64,000 bases of DNA. Origin: Torpedo marmorata. Taxonomy: Eukaryota. Under the pieces are notes generated by a model. The model ran no database searches. It saw only the letters and a list, made by a program, of their open reading frames with translations, and was not told the DNA's origin. Position numbers and translations under genes: made by a program. Where the stretch lies: contig OZ360219.1 of assembly GCA_977017645.1 (NCBI GenBank), forward strand, positions 158,596,001 through 158,660,000, given 5' to 3'. Below, piece after piece: positions 25,718-39,958 of this stretch (position 1 is its first letter; every line of letters starts with the position of its first letter).

Positions 25718-25883
25718 CTTGTTTGCATGGGTTTCCTCCAGGTGCTCCGGTTTCCTCCCACCATTCAAAATGTATGGGGGCTGTAGGTTAAATGGAGTAT
25801 TTGGACGGCACAGGCTCATGGCCCAGAAGTGCCTGTTACCATGCTGTGTGTCTAAATTTAAAAATTTAAAAATAAAAATTTAA
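25718..25883 (+). mobile_element. V-SINE fragment
   Basis: V-core and tail homologous to 9756-9994. Confidence 0.7.
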
Positions 25884-27433
25884 AGTTATATTTGCCTGGG
25901 AATGCAGAAGGTAACAACACAGCCAGGTCTGTCATGGGTTCTGACATCCCATGCATTGCATGCATCTATATGAAGCATTCCCTCAAGAAGGCAGCCAACA
26001 TCATATTAGACCACCATGTCCCTCACTGCTATCTTCTGGCATAAGGTACAGAAGCCCTAGGACCAGCACCTCTAAATTTCAGAATAGTTTCTTTCCAACA
26101 GCAATCAGGCTCTTGAACTTCCCCTTGTTACTATTATTGTAGTAGTTTTTGTAGTTTTCTTTTCGTTACTTGTTCAGCTGCAGTAAATAAGGATTTGGGT
26201 GCATGTGTACATTGTACAATATAAATGACAATAACTGTTTATAATATTAATGAATGTTTGACAGAATGCTCAGATAAATAATATGTTTTGATATTTATCC
26301 CATTCTTTTGGAGTATTACATTCATAAATCTGTAACTTGATTTTTAGAGACTATTTAGAATGTATTCCACAAATGAATTTATGAGGCAATTCAAATAGAT
26401 GACACCAGAAAAAGAAGTTCTAAGAACATGAGAGTTAATTTCACAAGATGAAAAGAAGAGGGAAGCAATATTGCTTGGAATGGAGAATTTTTGGAAGAGA
26501 CAACCCCAAAAATTTAGTGCTGGTGATTGAGGATTTTGATATTTATAAGAATCAAAATCTCAAAAATGAGAAGTTCCAATAAAATGGTTCAAGGATGACT
26601 TTTGTTTTAAAAAATATTTTATTTAAAATTTCAAATCACACAATAATACATGTTTATAAAATACAAAATTATCAAAATACATGTGATATATTTTCACCCT
26701 CCCCTCCCTCCCTTCCCCCTCCCTAACCCACCCATCCCCTCTACTCTACTAAAAAAGAAAGAAAAGAAAGATAAAAGAATAGAGTGTGGAGAAGGTCATT
26801 CTAAAAGAAACAACTATAAATTAATTTTATTGTGGAACACAGGTTTGCCAGTCAGACCCGATATCAAGAGATCTTCAAATCCTTAAACCCACAGTTTTTA
26901 TATATGGGCTCCATACCTTCAAAAATAAATGATATTTATTACGTAAATTATAGGTGATTTTTTCAAGTGGTATGCATGAACAAAGTTCTGCATGCCTTCT
27001 TTATAACCCTAAATCTACATCAGATTTCCATGTAATATCAATGCATTTCTTTGAAACAACTAAAGCAATTCGCAAAAATTATATTTGGTACATATTTAAT
27101 CTCATTTTAATACTAATTCTTGTAATATCTCCAAACAAAAATATCATGGGATCCATTGGGAGTGTAATTCTCAATACTTTATCTAAAAACTTTTTAACTT
27201 TCAACCAAAAATCATATATCTTTGGACAAAACCACGTAGAATGTACAAAACAACCTTCCTCTTTATTACATCTAAAACATAAACCTGATAATGTCGGATT
27301 AAATTTCTTTAGTTTCTTAGGAGTTAAATATAACTGATGCAAAAAATTATATTGCACTAACCTATATCTAACATTAATAATCTTCGTCATACTTTGTTTA
27401 CATATTTCTTTCCAATGTTCCTCATCTATTGTT

Positions 27434-28932
27434 TTTTTTTAAATATTTTATTTAAAATTTTTAAATCACAAAATACATAAAATAGAATATAAAATTATCA
27501 AATTATTTGTGATACAATTTCACCCCCCTCCCTCCCTCCCCTCCCCAACCCTCCCAACCCCACTAATCTAATAAAAATAAAAATATAAAAAATTAAAATA
27601 GAAAAAAAAAGAAGAAAAAGAAAGAAAAAGATAGAGTAAGGGGAATGTCAATCTATAAACTAATTCTATTATGGAGGTCAAGTATGCCAGCAGATCCGAT
27701 ATCTAGAGATCTTCAAATCCTTAAACCAACAGCTTTCATATATGGGCTCCAAATTTTTTTAAAGAAATGATATTTATTACGTAAATTATAAGTAATTTTT
27801 TCAAGTGGTATACATGAACTAAGTTCTGCATGCCATCTTTCTAATCCTAAATCTAAATCAGATTTCCAAGTAATAGCAATGCACTTCTTTGAAACAGCTA
27901 AAGCAATTCGCAAAAATTCTATCTGATACATATTTAATTTCATCCTAATACTAAATTTTCTAATATCTCCAAACAAAAATATCATAGGATCCATTGGAAA
28001 TGTAATTTTAAATACTTTATCTAAAAAGTTTTTAACTTTCAACCAAAAATCATAAACTTTTGGACAAAACCATGTACAATGTACAAAAGACCCTTCCTCT
28101 TTATTACATCTAAAACATAAACCTGATAATGTCAGATTAAATTTCTTTAATTTTTTAGGTGTTAAATATAATTGATGAAAAAAATTATATTGTACTAATC
28201 TATATCTAACATTAATAATCTTCGTCATACTTAATTTACATAATTCTTTCCAATGATTTTCATCTATTCTTACATTCAAATCTAATTCCCATTTTAATCT
28301 TGATTTATGCAAACCTACTTTTAGCATTTTCCTCTGAAACAATTTATACATTTGAGAAATAAATTTATTAACATCTCCATTAGTAACGAATAATTCTAAT
28401 TCATTTTGTCTTGGTAAAATCAAAGCATAACCTAATTTCTCAATCAGAAAAGCTCTAATTTGATAATAAGCAAAAAGTGTATTATCTAATATATTAAATT
28501 TATCTTTCATTCTTTGAAACGTAATAAATTTCCCAGCTTCAAAACAATCACTAATCTTCTTAATTCCTTTTTGAAACCAAATTTTAAATAATTGATTATT
28601 AATAGTAAATGGAATAAGTCCATTTTGATATAAAGGCATCCTTGGAGAAATCAATCCTTTTCCTCCTATTTCCTTATCCGTCTTATTCCATATTTCTAAC
28701 AAATGTTTAAAAATAGGTGAATTTTTCTTTCTTGTTGATATTAATTTAGAATCCCATTTATAAATAATTTCTTCTTTAGTGTCATCACCTATATTATTTA
28801 ATTCTATTTTAATCCAAGCAGGAGATTTAGTTAAGTCAAAAAATTCATTAACAAATTTTAATTGAGCTGCTTTATAATAATTTTGAAAATTAGGAAGTTG
28901 CAAGCCACCCATTTCATAATTCCAAGTTAATT
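27434..28932 (-). mobile_element. Truncated L1 nested in the host L1 ORF2
   Basis: Own poly(A) and 3'UTR; ORF 27713-28912; TSD TTCCTCATCTATTGTT at 27418-27433 and 28933-28948. Confidence 0.9.
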
Positions 28933-31900
28933 TTCCTCATCTATTGTTACATTCAGATCTAATTCCCATTTTAATCTTGATTTATGAATTCCTGGTTTAG
29001 GCATTTTTTTCTGTAACAATCTATACATTTGAGAAATAAATTTATTTATACCCCCATTAATAACTAGTAGCTCCAATTCACTTTGTCTTGGTAAGATTAA
29101 ACTATGCCCTAACTTTTCAACCAAAAATGCTCTTATTTGATAATAAGCAAAGAGTGTATTATTTAATACATTAAACTTCACTTTCATTCTTTGAAAAGTG
29201 ATAAATTTACCAGCTTCAAAACAGTCATTTACTTTTTTAATCCCTTTTTGAAACCAAATTTTAAACAATTGGTTAACAATAGTAAATGGAATAAGTTTAT
29301 TTTGATATAAAGGCATTTTACAAGAAATTAACCCTTTCCCTCCTATCTCCCTATCCACTCTATTCCATATTTCTAACAAATGCCTTAAAATAGGGGAGTT
29401 TTTACCTCCTCTTAATAATAATTTAGAATTCCATTTATAAATAACCTCTTCTTTCAAATCTTCTCCTATATTATTTAGTTCTATTCTAATCCAAGCAGAA
29501 GATTTTCCTAAATCAAACATTTTGTTAATAAATTTTAATTGAGCTACTTTATAATAATTTTGAAAATTGGGAAGTTGTAAACCACCCATTTCGTAATCAC
29601 AGGTTAATTTCTCCATACCTACTCTAGCCAATTTTCCTTTCCACAAAAAATTCCTAATAATTGAATTTAAATCTTTTAAAAAATTTTGAGGAATTTCGTA
29701 AGGAATTGATTGAAAAAGATATTGAATTTTTGGAAAGACATTCATTTTGATGCAATTTACCCTTCCCATTAAAGTTATAGGTAAATCTTTCCAATTCTCT
29801 AAATCTTTTTTAATATTAGTAAATAATGGTAAATAATTTAATTTATATAAATTACCTAATTTTGTATCTACTTTTATTCCTAAATATTTAATTCCATTAT
29901 TTGACCATTTAAATCGAGTAGTTTCTTTACATTTATTATAATCTCCTTGTGTCAATGCCATAATTTCACTTTTATCAGAATTAATCTTATAACCAGATAT
30001 TTCCCCATATTCTCTCAATAAAATAGTCAGTTGCATTAAAGAATCAATAGGTTTTGTCATATAAATCAGTACATCATCTACAAACAAATTAATTTTATGT
30101 TCTTCTTTTCCAACTTTAATACCTACATTTTAATATCTTGTCTAATTAATTCTGCTAAAGGTTCTATTGCTAAAATAAACAATGCTGGCGACAAAGGACA
30201 TCCTTGTCTAGTTGACCTAGTCAACAAAAAATTTGAAGAAATTTGTCCATTTGTCACCACTCTGACAGAGGGTTCTTTATATATAGTTTTAATCCAATTA
30301 ATAAATGTAGTTCCAAAACCAAATTTTTCCAATATTTTAAATAAATAATTCCAATTTAATCTATCAAAAGCCTTTTTGGCATATAGTGTTAATACTAATG
30401 CTAATTCCTCTTTCTTTTGTGCCACATTTATTAAACTGATTAACCTGGCTATATTATCTTTTGAATATCTATTCTAAATAAAACCTGCTTGATCTACATG
30501 AATTAAATCTGGTAAATATTTAGCCACTCTATTTGCTAAAATTTTTGCCATTATCTTATAATCCACATTTAACAATGAAATTGGTCTATATGATTCTGTT
30601 TTCAACAAATCTCTATCTTTTTTAGGTATAACTGTTATTATTGCATTTGAAAATATTTTCGGTAGAGAATGGGTTACCGTTATTTGTTTTAACACCTCCA
30701 TATATGGAGGTATCAATAAATCCTTAAATTCCTTATAAAATTCTGGTGGGAAACCATCCACCCCCGGAGACTTTCCACTTGTTAAGTTAAAGAACTAAGA
30801 ACATCATTAACTTCTCTCATCGTGAATGATGAATCTAAAAGTTCTTTACTTTGAATATTTAATCTAGGTAACTTAATTTTAGATAAAAATTCATTAATTT
30901 TAGAATCATCTTTATCAGTTTGGGATTTATATAAATTTAGATAAAATTCCTTAAAATAATCATTTATTTCTCGAGGTTTATATGTTATTTTCTTTGGATT
31001 CTTTTTGATAGCACTCATAGTTCTAAAAGTTTGTTCTTTCTTTAATTGCCACACTAACACTTTATGAGCACTTTCTCCCAATTCGTAATATCTTTGCTTA
31101 CTTCTTTCAATTAATTTTTCCTTTTTATATGTTTGTAACGTATTGTAATATAATTTTTTTCGATTATATTTTTCCTCTTTTCTTCTGATTTATTTTTTTG
31201 CAAATCCTTCTCCAAAAACTCAAACTCCTTCTCCAAATTATCCAATTCCTGAAAATATTCTTTCTTAACTATTGCTGAATAACTTATTATTTGACCTTTT
31301 AAATAAGCCTTTGGAGCTTCCCAAATAATAAATTTATTGTCAATCGAATTAGAATTAATCTGTAAAAATTCTTGAATTTCTCTTCTTATATAATTACAGA
31401 AATCCATTCTTTTCAATAAAGAAGAATTAAATCTCCATCTATATATAATTTTTTCTTTTTCTGGAATTATACATGACATTAATAGAGGCGAATGATCAGA
31501 AATTATTCTTGCTTTATATTGTGCTTGAGTCACCATCTTCTAATTGTGATGACAATAAAAACATGTCTATTCTAGAATAAGAATCATGTCTAAAAGAATA
31601 AAAGGAATAATCTTTTTCTCTTGGATTCAACTTTCTCCAAATATCTATTAAATTCAATTCTTTCATCAAAGTAGAATTGTTTTAGCAGTTTTAGTTCTGA
31701 TAATTGATTTTGATGTTTTTTCCATTATTGGATCTAAACAACAATTAAAATCCCCACCAATTAAAATATTATCATTTGCTTCTGATAAGTGCATAAAAGA
31801 ATCTTGAATAAATTGTTCATCTTCCGTATTTGGCACATATATATTCATAAGTGTCCACATTTCTGAATATATCTAACAATTTATTAAAACATATCTTCCT

Positions 31901-33085
31901 GACACATCTATAACCACAGATTGTATTTTGAAAGGTAACTTTTTTTAATTAATATAGCAACTCCTTTTACTTTAGAATTAAATGAAGACGTGACCACTTG
32001 ACCAACCCATTCTCTTTTCAACTTCTGATGTTCTATATCTATCAAATGTGTCTCTTGTAAAAAAGCTATATCAACTTTTAACTTTTTAATAAATGCTAGA
32101 GTTTTCTTCCTTTTAATCGGATTATTTAGCCCATTTATATTAATACTTACAACATTTATTGATTTACTATCCGCCATTACTAATATTTAATAACTTCCTC
32201 TTTATCAGACCAACCGGTTCCCCCTTCCACATTTGCAATATATTTGACATCTCCTTAAAAAAGATAGAAAGAAAAAAGAAATAAAGAAAAAATTAAAACA
32301 TTAAAAACCCACTATATAATACTGGTATATTTACACCAATACTACCACCCTCTATTGTTTGGGAAGTGGCCCTCACCACTAAGGTGATGTGTGGTTAGGT
32401 ACAGAGAAGACAAAAAGTCCACCCCCCCCAAACAGATTTTACATAACATTTGTTATCGATTCTTCATCCCAATCCAGCATCTTCCCGTTCTCTGTTAACT
32501 TGATCATTACCCAATTTGGCCAAATCATCTCGCCCTGAAGCTATTTGAAGTTTCTCTGTTAAGTGTAACAAGTCCTGAACCGGTATAATAGCTTGAAATT
32601 GCCCAGACAGAAATTTGGGAGTGAATTAGCATATTTTAAAGCTTCTTGATAGTCAGCAAAAAAAACAGACTGATTCTCTCGAGACTGTACTTTCAATATC
32701 GCAGGATATCTAAATGAAAATTTATATGCTTTGTTCCAAAAAATTGCTTTGGCTGGGTTAAACTCTTTTCATTTTTTAATTATTGCTGCACTTAAATCAG
32801 CATAAAAAAACATCCTATTTTTATTAATCATCAATGGACCTTGTTTCTTTCTAGCATTTTGAACAGCTAATCTCAGTATCTTCTCTTTATCCTGGTAACA
32901 AAGGCATCTAATCAACACTGAGCGTGGCATTTGTCCAGGATATGGTTTCTTTCTGTTATCTCTATGAGCTCTATCTAATTCAAGTCCATTTGGAAGTTTT
33001 CATAACCCAAAATCTTTGGAATCCAATTTTGAAAAAATTCAGTTGAGTTTATCCCTTCATAATCTTCTGGCAATCCCACAATTTT

Positions 33086-33923
33086 TTTAAAAATATTTTA
33101 TTTAAAATTTTTAAATCACAAAATACATAAAATAAAATATGAAATTATCAAAATATTTGTGATACATTTTCACCCCCTCCCACCCTCCCCTCTCCAACCC
33201 TCCCAACCCCACTAATCTAATAAAAATAAAAATAGAAAATAAAAATAGAAAAAGAGGGAAAAAAAAGAAGAAAGAAAAAGATAGAGTAAGGAGAATGCCA
33301 ATCTAAAAAAACATACATCTATAAACTAATTCTATTATGGAGGTCAGGTATGCCAGTAGATCTGATACCCAGAGATCTTCAAATCCTTAAACCAACAACT
33401 TTCATATATGGGCTCCAAATTTTTAAGAAAAAATGATATTTATTATGTAAATTATAAGTAATTTTTTCAAGTGGTATACACGAATGAAGTTCTGCATGCC
33501 ATTTTTCTAATCCTAAATCTAAATCAGATTTCCAAGTAATAGCAAACATTTCTTTGAAACAGCTAAAGCAATTCGCAAAAATTCTATTTGATACATGTTT
33601 AATTTCATCTTAATACTAAATTTTCTAATATCTCCGAACACAAATATCATAGGATCCATTGGAAATATAATCTTAAATACTTTATCTAAAAAAATTTTAA
33701 CTTTCAACCAAAAATCATAAACTTTTGGACAAAACCATGTAGAATGTACAAAAGAACCTTCCTCTTTATTACATCTAAAACATAAACCTGATAATGTCAG
33801 ATTAAATTTCTTTTGTTTTTTAGGTGTTAAATATAATTGATGAAAAAAATTGTATTGTACTAATCTATATCTAACATTAATAATCTTCGTCATACTTAAT
33901 TTACATAATTCTTTCCAATGATT
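33086..33923 (-). mobile_element. Truncated L1 nested in the host L1 ORF1
   Basis: TSD AATCCCACAATTTT at 33072-33085 and 33924-33937. Confidence 0.9.
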
Positions 33924-34989
33924 AATCCCACAATTTTGACATTATTTCTCCGTCTTTGATTCTCCAATGTATCTATTTTTTGTAAAAGTTCATTTCTTTG
34001 TTGTTCCCAGCCTGTAAATGAATTTTCCATTTTATCCACTGTATCTTTGCAGTCCATCATCTCTTCACAACATTCTTTAACCTCGTTTTCAACTTTCTGG
34101 ACTTTCAATGTTACTTTATCCACAGCAGTTACACACTTTTTCATATTATATTTAATATCTTTCATTTCTTCCTTAAACTCAGTAAAATTGGTATCCATAA
34201 CCTTAAATCCATGTTCCATATGTTGATTCATTGTAGACACTTGTTCTGTTAAGTAATTTATAGCTTGAATAAAAGTATTTGATATTTCTTGTTTATCTTG
34301 AAACAGCTGAGTTTCCTCTCCTCCACTTATTTCTCTTTCCTCTTCCTCCATCTCTTCTACTTGTCTCTCCATTTCTTCATACATTTCTTTCTTTCTCCCT
34401 TTATCTTCTGAATCTGTTGACGATTACCTTTCTTCTCCAACAATATACTGGATTGAACGACAGGTTCTTCTTTGGCTGTCAACGTTAGTTGACAGCTCCT
34501 GTTGCATTTTGCGCATGCGCGTCGTTTCGCGCATGCGCAGTTGTTCCTTATCTTTTTGTAGTTCTCCAGTCTTCCTTCGAGCACCAGCGCCATCTTCCCC
34601 AGCTCCCAGGGAGGACGGCGCTGGCGTTACGATTACCTTGCCCATTCTAGTCTGCATCCTTCTGGGAGGGAGAGGAACTTGATCCCGAGGCTCCATCGCT
34701 GAGGTAGGCCGATCTTCCTCTTGAATTACACTTTCTTTAAACACTTTTTTCTTTAACTTTTGCTCCTTCCTTTTTCTTGTAGTCATTCTTTAATCATTAA
34801 CAAACAATCTTAACTCTTTTTTTAATAACCAGATAAAGTTTTATTACAATTTTTGATTAGTTCTGTAGGGAGAGATGTATTTCCACGTCTCCAACCTACG
34901 CCATCATGCCATTCCCCCGTTCAAGGATGACTTTGATAATCTTGTTCTGCTTCTTTCCAAACTGTGGCTGCTCCTAATATGGTGGACAG

Positions 34990-36105
34990 AACCCTTGACT
35001 GCATTTCATCTATTTTCTGCAGCTCTGCACTCACTCTCTGCCCCCTGAACAGAGCAAGGTCACACTTCCTCTAGTCATTACCTTCCTCCCCACTAGAAAC
35101 AACATTCAATGAATCATCTTCTGCAATTTCCATCTAACTTCCAACAAAATGTCATTACCAGACACATTTTCCCATCCCCTCCCTTTTTATCATTTTGGAG
35201 GGATCACTCCCTTTGCCACTCCAACTCTTCCATCCCTAGCAACCAATCCACATCTCACAGCACTTCCCCATGCAACTGCAGGGGACACAACACCTCTCCT
35301 TTCATGTTTTCCCCACCTTCCATGAACCCGAACAGTCTTTCAGGTAAGCAGCGATTCACTTGCATTTCTTCCAATCTAGTCGACTGCATTTGGTGTTCAC
35401 AATGTGGTCTCCTCTACAGAGGAGAAAACAATTGCACATTGGGTGACTGCTCTTCAGAACACCTGTGCTCTGTCTGCAGGAGTGACCGTGTGCTTTTGCC
35501 CAGTTGCCACTTTAGTTCACCATCCCACTACTATTCTAATCTTTCTGTCTGTGGCCTCCTGCACTATTACTACAGTGACTAATGCAAACTTAAGGAACAG
35601 AACTCCACCTTCCTTTTAGTCACGTTGCAGCTTTCTGGTCTGAATATCAAATTCTGCAACAGTAAGTTGCTCATTCTTTCTCTGCATCAGTATCTGAATT
35701 GGCCATTTCTGCCAGTCATAACGTTGCCTCATTTTTTTCTTATTTTTGTATTGTCCAGCATGCTGGGGCAGAGGTAATTACCAGTGTTGCAATTTATCAC
35801 AAATTATACAGACAAAAAAAAACTTAATGTGCTGGTGACTAATCTCATTTACTATTAGGACTCAGAAATATACCCTTTGCTCTATATATCCTACGTGCCC
35901 TCCCCACCCCCAACCTTCCCCACCCCACCGTCCCCAGTCTTCTCTTCTACTGAAGACACAAGCTTGTATTTCTCACTTTTTCAGTTATGGCCCTAGACCT
36001 GAAATGTTAACTGGTTCTTTGCCACCGATGTCCACTGACCTGCTGTGTTGTTTCTGCCACTCTGTTTTGTTCCAGATGACAGCATCTGGAGCTTTTGTTG
36101 CTGGT
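34990..36105 (+). mobile_element. Degenerate Penelope-like element (GIY-YIG remnant plus pseudo-LTR)
   Basis: ORF 35109-35582 FTCISSNLVDCIWCSQCGLLYRGE...EHL resembles the Penelope GIY-YIG endonuclease; pLTR-type sequence at ~35980-36100. Confidence 0.72.
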
Positions 36106-36972
36106 GCAATTTAACGTGGATAATTGCAAAGGAAAACATTTGGGAGGGAAGACAAGTGGAAAATGCTGAAGGGTATGGATAGACAGAGACACTAGGCATT
36201 CAAATAGGCATTCAACACCACTGAAAGCCCAAAAGATCAAAAACATATGGGGTTTGATGAATGAAGACATAGTGCATGACTTCAGATAAAACATGTGTCT
36301 GTACACTATGTCATTAAGGCCATACTTCAAGTATAGTATTGTGTTTGATTGTCCCTGTGCTGAAAAACATTTGATCCTCAAGAGATTATATTCACAATTT
36401 TAATACCAGGGATGGGAAACTATAGTTATAAATTACTAAGATTATGATTAAAACAGAAGCATAAAGGAGATTCAATAGAGATTTTAAAATTGTAAAAGTG
36501 TTGATATAGAGAATAGAGTATGACAAGAAGATTTTTAATTCAGGAACATGGAACATTACAGCACAATAATTGCCCTACTCAAACATCTAAACCTACGCTA
36601 TCTCACACCAATTACCCTCTATTTTTCTTGCATCCATGTGCCTGTCTAAGAGTCTTTTAAATACCCCTATTGTACTAGCCTCCACCACCACCCCTGGCAA
36701 TGCATTCCAGACATCCATTACTGCTGTGTAAAAAATGTATCCCTGACATCTCCCCGAAACATTCCTCCCCTCACCTTATATAGATATCCTCTAGTATTTG
36801 CTCTTAAGGGATGTGAATTAACTTAATTACCGTTCCTAAATTGTTGTTGGGACGATGGTGTTGAGCTGACTTCTTAGACCACTGCAGTGCTTTTTGTGAA
36901 GGCACACTACCATTTGGCAAATACCTCCAGGATATTGACTCAGTGATGATAAAAGATTGGTCAGGTATTTCC

Positions 36973-38306
36973 TTTCTTTTTTAAATCTCTTTATTAATTC
37001 CATAAAATCATGGATATAACAGTTCATTCACTATATACGTTTACAGAAAAAAAAGCAAAGAAAAGCATTATCACATGTTCCATTAATCCATCCATAACAG
37101 AGTATACATTACAGATATATATCAATTTTTTTTCTTTACAATTTAGTATTATAATATCAATAGGTATAAAAAGAACCAAGCCACAAAAAAAAGAAAATAT
37201 AGAAATTTCATCATAATACATTTTTTTATAAAAGCTAAAGCAATCTAAACTAGCCTACCACCTACCCCCACCCCAGAATTGCACTGACCTGTAGAAATAA
37301 TATAACTTCAAATCATGAGGAATCATAAACTCTGATAATAGTTGATAAAGGAACCCCAAATATTAGTAAATTTTAGGTTTAATTTAATATTTGAACATCT
37401 AATCTTTTCTAATGTTAAATAGGACATTAAACTTGATTGCCAATCTTCATATATAGGAGGATTACCATCCTTCCATTTTAGCAAGATCTGTCGCCTTGCA
37501 ACCAGAGAAGAAAAAGCAATCACATGTTTTTGATTATTAGTAAGATCATAATTACTAGGATCATTTATACCAAATATTGCTATAAATGGATTTGGATCTA
37601 ATTAAGTAGTTAAAACCAAAGAAAGAGTACAAAAAAATTTGTTCCAAAATCTAACTAACTTAGGGCACAACTAAAACATATGAAATAATGTACCTTCATG
37701 AACATCTATCACACATGGATGATATATTTGATGAAAATTTAGCCAGTAAAGATTTTGAGTAATGAGCTCTGTGAATTACTTTGAATTGAATTAAATTATG
37801 TCTTGCACAAAATGAAGAGGTATGGATATGGTCCAAAATATTGGACCACGTTGAAGGTGAAAAAACTTCTAAAAAATCTCTTTCCCAAGCCTCCTTTACT
37901 TTATCCACATGCTGTATCACATTTTCTTTTAAAAGGTTATACAATACTGACAATGGTTTTGGTATATCAGGAGTGATAGTAAAAACCTTTTCTATGATTA
38001 CTAACTTTAAATCTAAAGGAAACTCCAATCTCAAGGAATTTATAAAATTCCTAACTTGAAAGTATATAAAATAATTGTTTCTAGATAAGTTATACTTATT
38101 AACCAACTGTTCAAAAGTAATAAAATTAGAATCTATAAACAAGTTTTTAAATGAACATACACCGTGATCTTGCCAAATCTGGAACCCTCTATCCCCACGA
38201 GCTGGGGTAAAAAAGGTATTGAAATTTATTGTACTATCAAGCAAGAAATCAAGGAAATTATTTGCTTTTCTAAATTGGAACCACATTTTTAACGTTTGTT
38301 TAACTA
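36973..38306 (-). mobile_element. Truncated L1 of a second subfamily
   Basis: ORFs 37696-38322 (QFKVIHRAH..CDRC) and 37323-37523; TSD GGTCAGGTATTTCC at 36959-36972 and 38307-38320. Confidence 0.88.
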
Positions 38307-38931
38307 GGTCAGGTATTTCCAAATCTGGATAGAATATAACTGGGAGGTAAATTGAAGGTGGTGCATTCCCACCTATTTTTTAAAAACCTTACAATGGAAG
38401 GCATGGTTGAAGCTGTTTTCAATAGTATTCACAACATTAACCAAGCATCAATGGAAAGTCAATATGGTGCCAATCAAGTTGTTTTTTTTGTCTTCATGAG
38501 TATTTCAGCCAGGCAAATAATAATATTCTGTCACACTCCTGCCATGCTACATAGGGAAATAAATGTTTTAGGAAGTCAGTCTTTCACTGAAGACTCTCCT
38601 GCACCTGACTTGCTTACACAGCCAGTGCTGGACTGGTTATTCCTCTGCTGGTGCTATGGGTTTGGACAACCATAATGTAGAAGGGCAACTGTTATATTCT
38701 CTCTTGTTGGAGAGGGTTAGATGGGGATAATATTACTTGCAACTCATCTGCTCATCCCTAAATGTTATCCATGTCTGGTAGCAGATGTATTTAAAGTGAT
38801 GAACATTAAACTTAACACCATCCAACAAGAATCCCTACTTTGGTATTTAAGGGGCAAGATAAGTAATTGATGAAGCAGTTGAGAGTTGACATTGGCAATG
38901 GACCTGCAGCAATGTTCTGGGACAGAAATAA

Positions 38932-39546
38932 CACTGGACAACAAAATTTTTCAAAAAGTTTGCTTCCTGAAAATAAATTGGGGATTATGATAGACAACTT
39001 CAAGATGAACACAAAGATAATTTCACATTTGCTGTATCACATAGGAAGTTGGAGAAACATTAAATTAACTTTTATTGAATTTAGCATGTTTAATTGCATA
39101 ATGATGCTGACACAGTGTGTTTGTTCAACTGACCTATAAATGTTTTGCCACTAATTTTCATTTGTACTCAGCATCTGATGCCTCTCGTGTCAGTGTGCAA
39201 CAATAGTCGGCTAGCATTGATGGATTCCAGTTGCCCTGATACCGCTTTTCCATGGTTGCAATGTCCTGGTGAAACCTTTTACCATGTCCGTCACTGACTA
39301 CACCAAGATCAGCAGGGAAGAAGTCCAAGTGTGAATGCAGAAAATGAATTTTCAACGACATATTGCACTTCATGGTTTTGTATGCTTGAAGTAGATTTAA
39401 AATATGACAGGAAATCACAAAAATAAGATATATCTAAAGAAATGGTATGTGATAGAAAATGTTAATGTGATTTTCACGATCAGCAGCCCGAAATCCATAA
39501 AATACACCCAAAAGTGTTCAGGAAGCAAAATCTTCATTGTGCAGTG
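38932..39546 (-). mobile_element. Chapaev3-type non-autonomous DNA transposon
   Basis: CACTG/CAGTG termini; TAA TSD; ORF 39158-39418 MSLKIHFLHSHLDFFPADLG..RFHQDIATMEKRYQG. Confidence 0.82.
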
Positions 39547-39811
39547 TAATTGGTGCCCAATAATCTCAACTATTTTTCTCTTTTGCTTGGTGGATTCCAG
39601 TTATTGAAAAGTTTTTCTCATGATTCCATTCAATTCATTTACTACTTTAAGATTATTACTATAAATGATGAGAACCATACAGAATTCTATTTAAGCTTGT
39701 GTTTTATAAACAAAATATTCAAACATTAGGATTGGTTGGAGACAATTGCAAACTTTAAAAAACAGATATAATTTGAAATAAAAAAGAAATCAAGAGAGCA
39801 AATGAAGATAA

Positions 39812-39886
39812 ATCAGAATCAGAATCAGAATTTATTGTCATGAACAAGTCACGAAATTCGGTGTTTTGCGGCAGCATCACAGTGCA
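39812..39886 (-). mobile_element. Tail-only Rex1-type insertion (another at ~41516-41567)
   Basis: Near-identical to the 3' end at ~46633-46712; (GATTCT)n tail. Confidence 0.75.
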
Positions 39887-39958
39887 AGCCGCATCATAGA
39901 GCATCAAAAGGCTGTGGACAGAAAGTTAGATAGTAGGATTCTCTTATGGTTGCTTTAG

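Larger units (their letters stand above)
26603..34918 (-). mobile_element. Full-length AT-rich L1 (decayed) carrying two nested L1s
   Basis: ORF1 pieces 34424-34786 and 33896-34384 (coiled coil, ENQRRRNNVKIVG); APE start 32177 (NINGLN, LQETH); RT pieces (RQGCPLSP, FVDD); TSD GTTCAAGGATGACTTT at 26587-26602 and 34919-34934. Confidence 0.92.

Noticed and set aside
33900-33925. Nested L1 truncation point nearly coincides with the ORF2 position where another L1 inserted
   Set aside because: Both have independent TSDs; two events cannot be distinguished from coincidence
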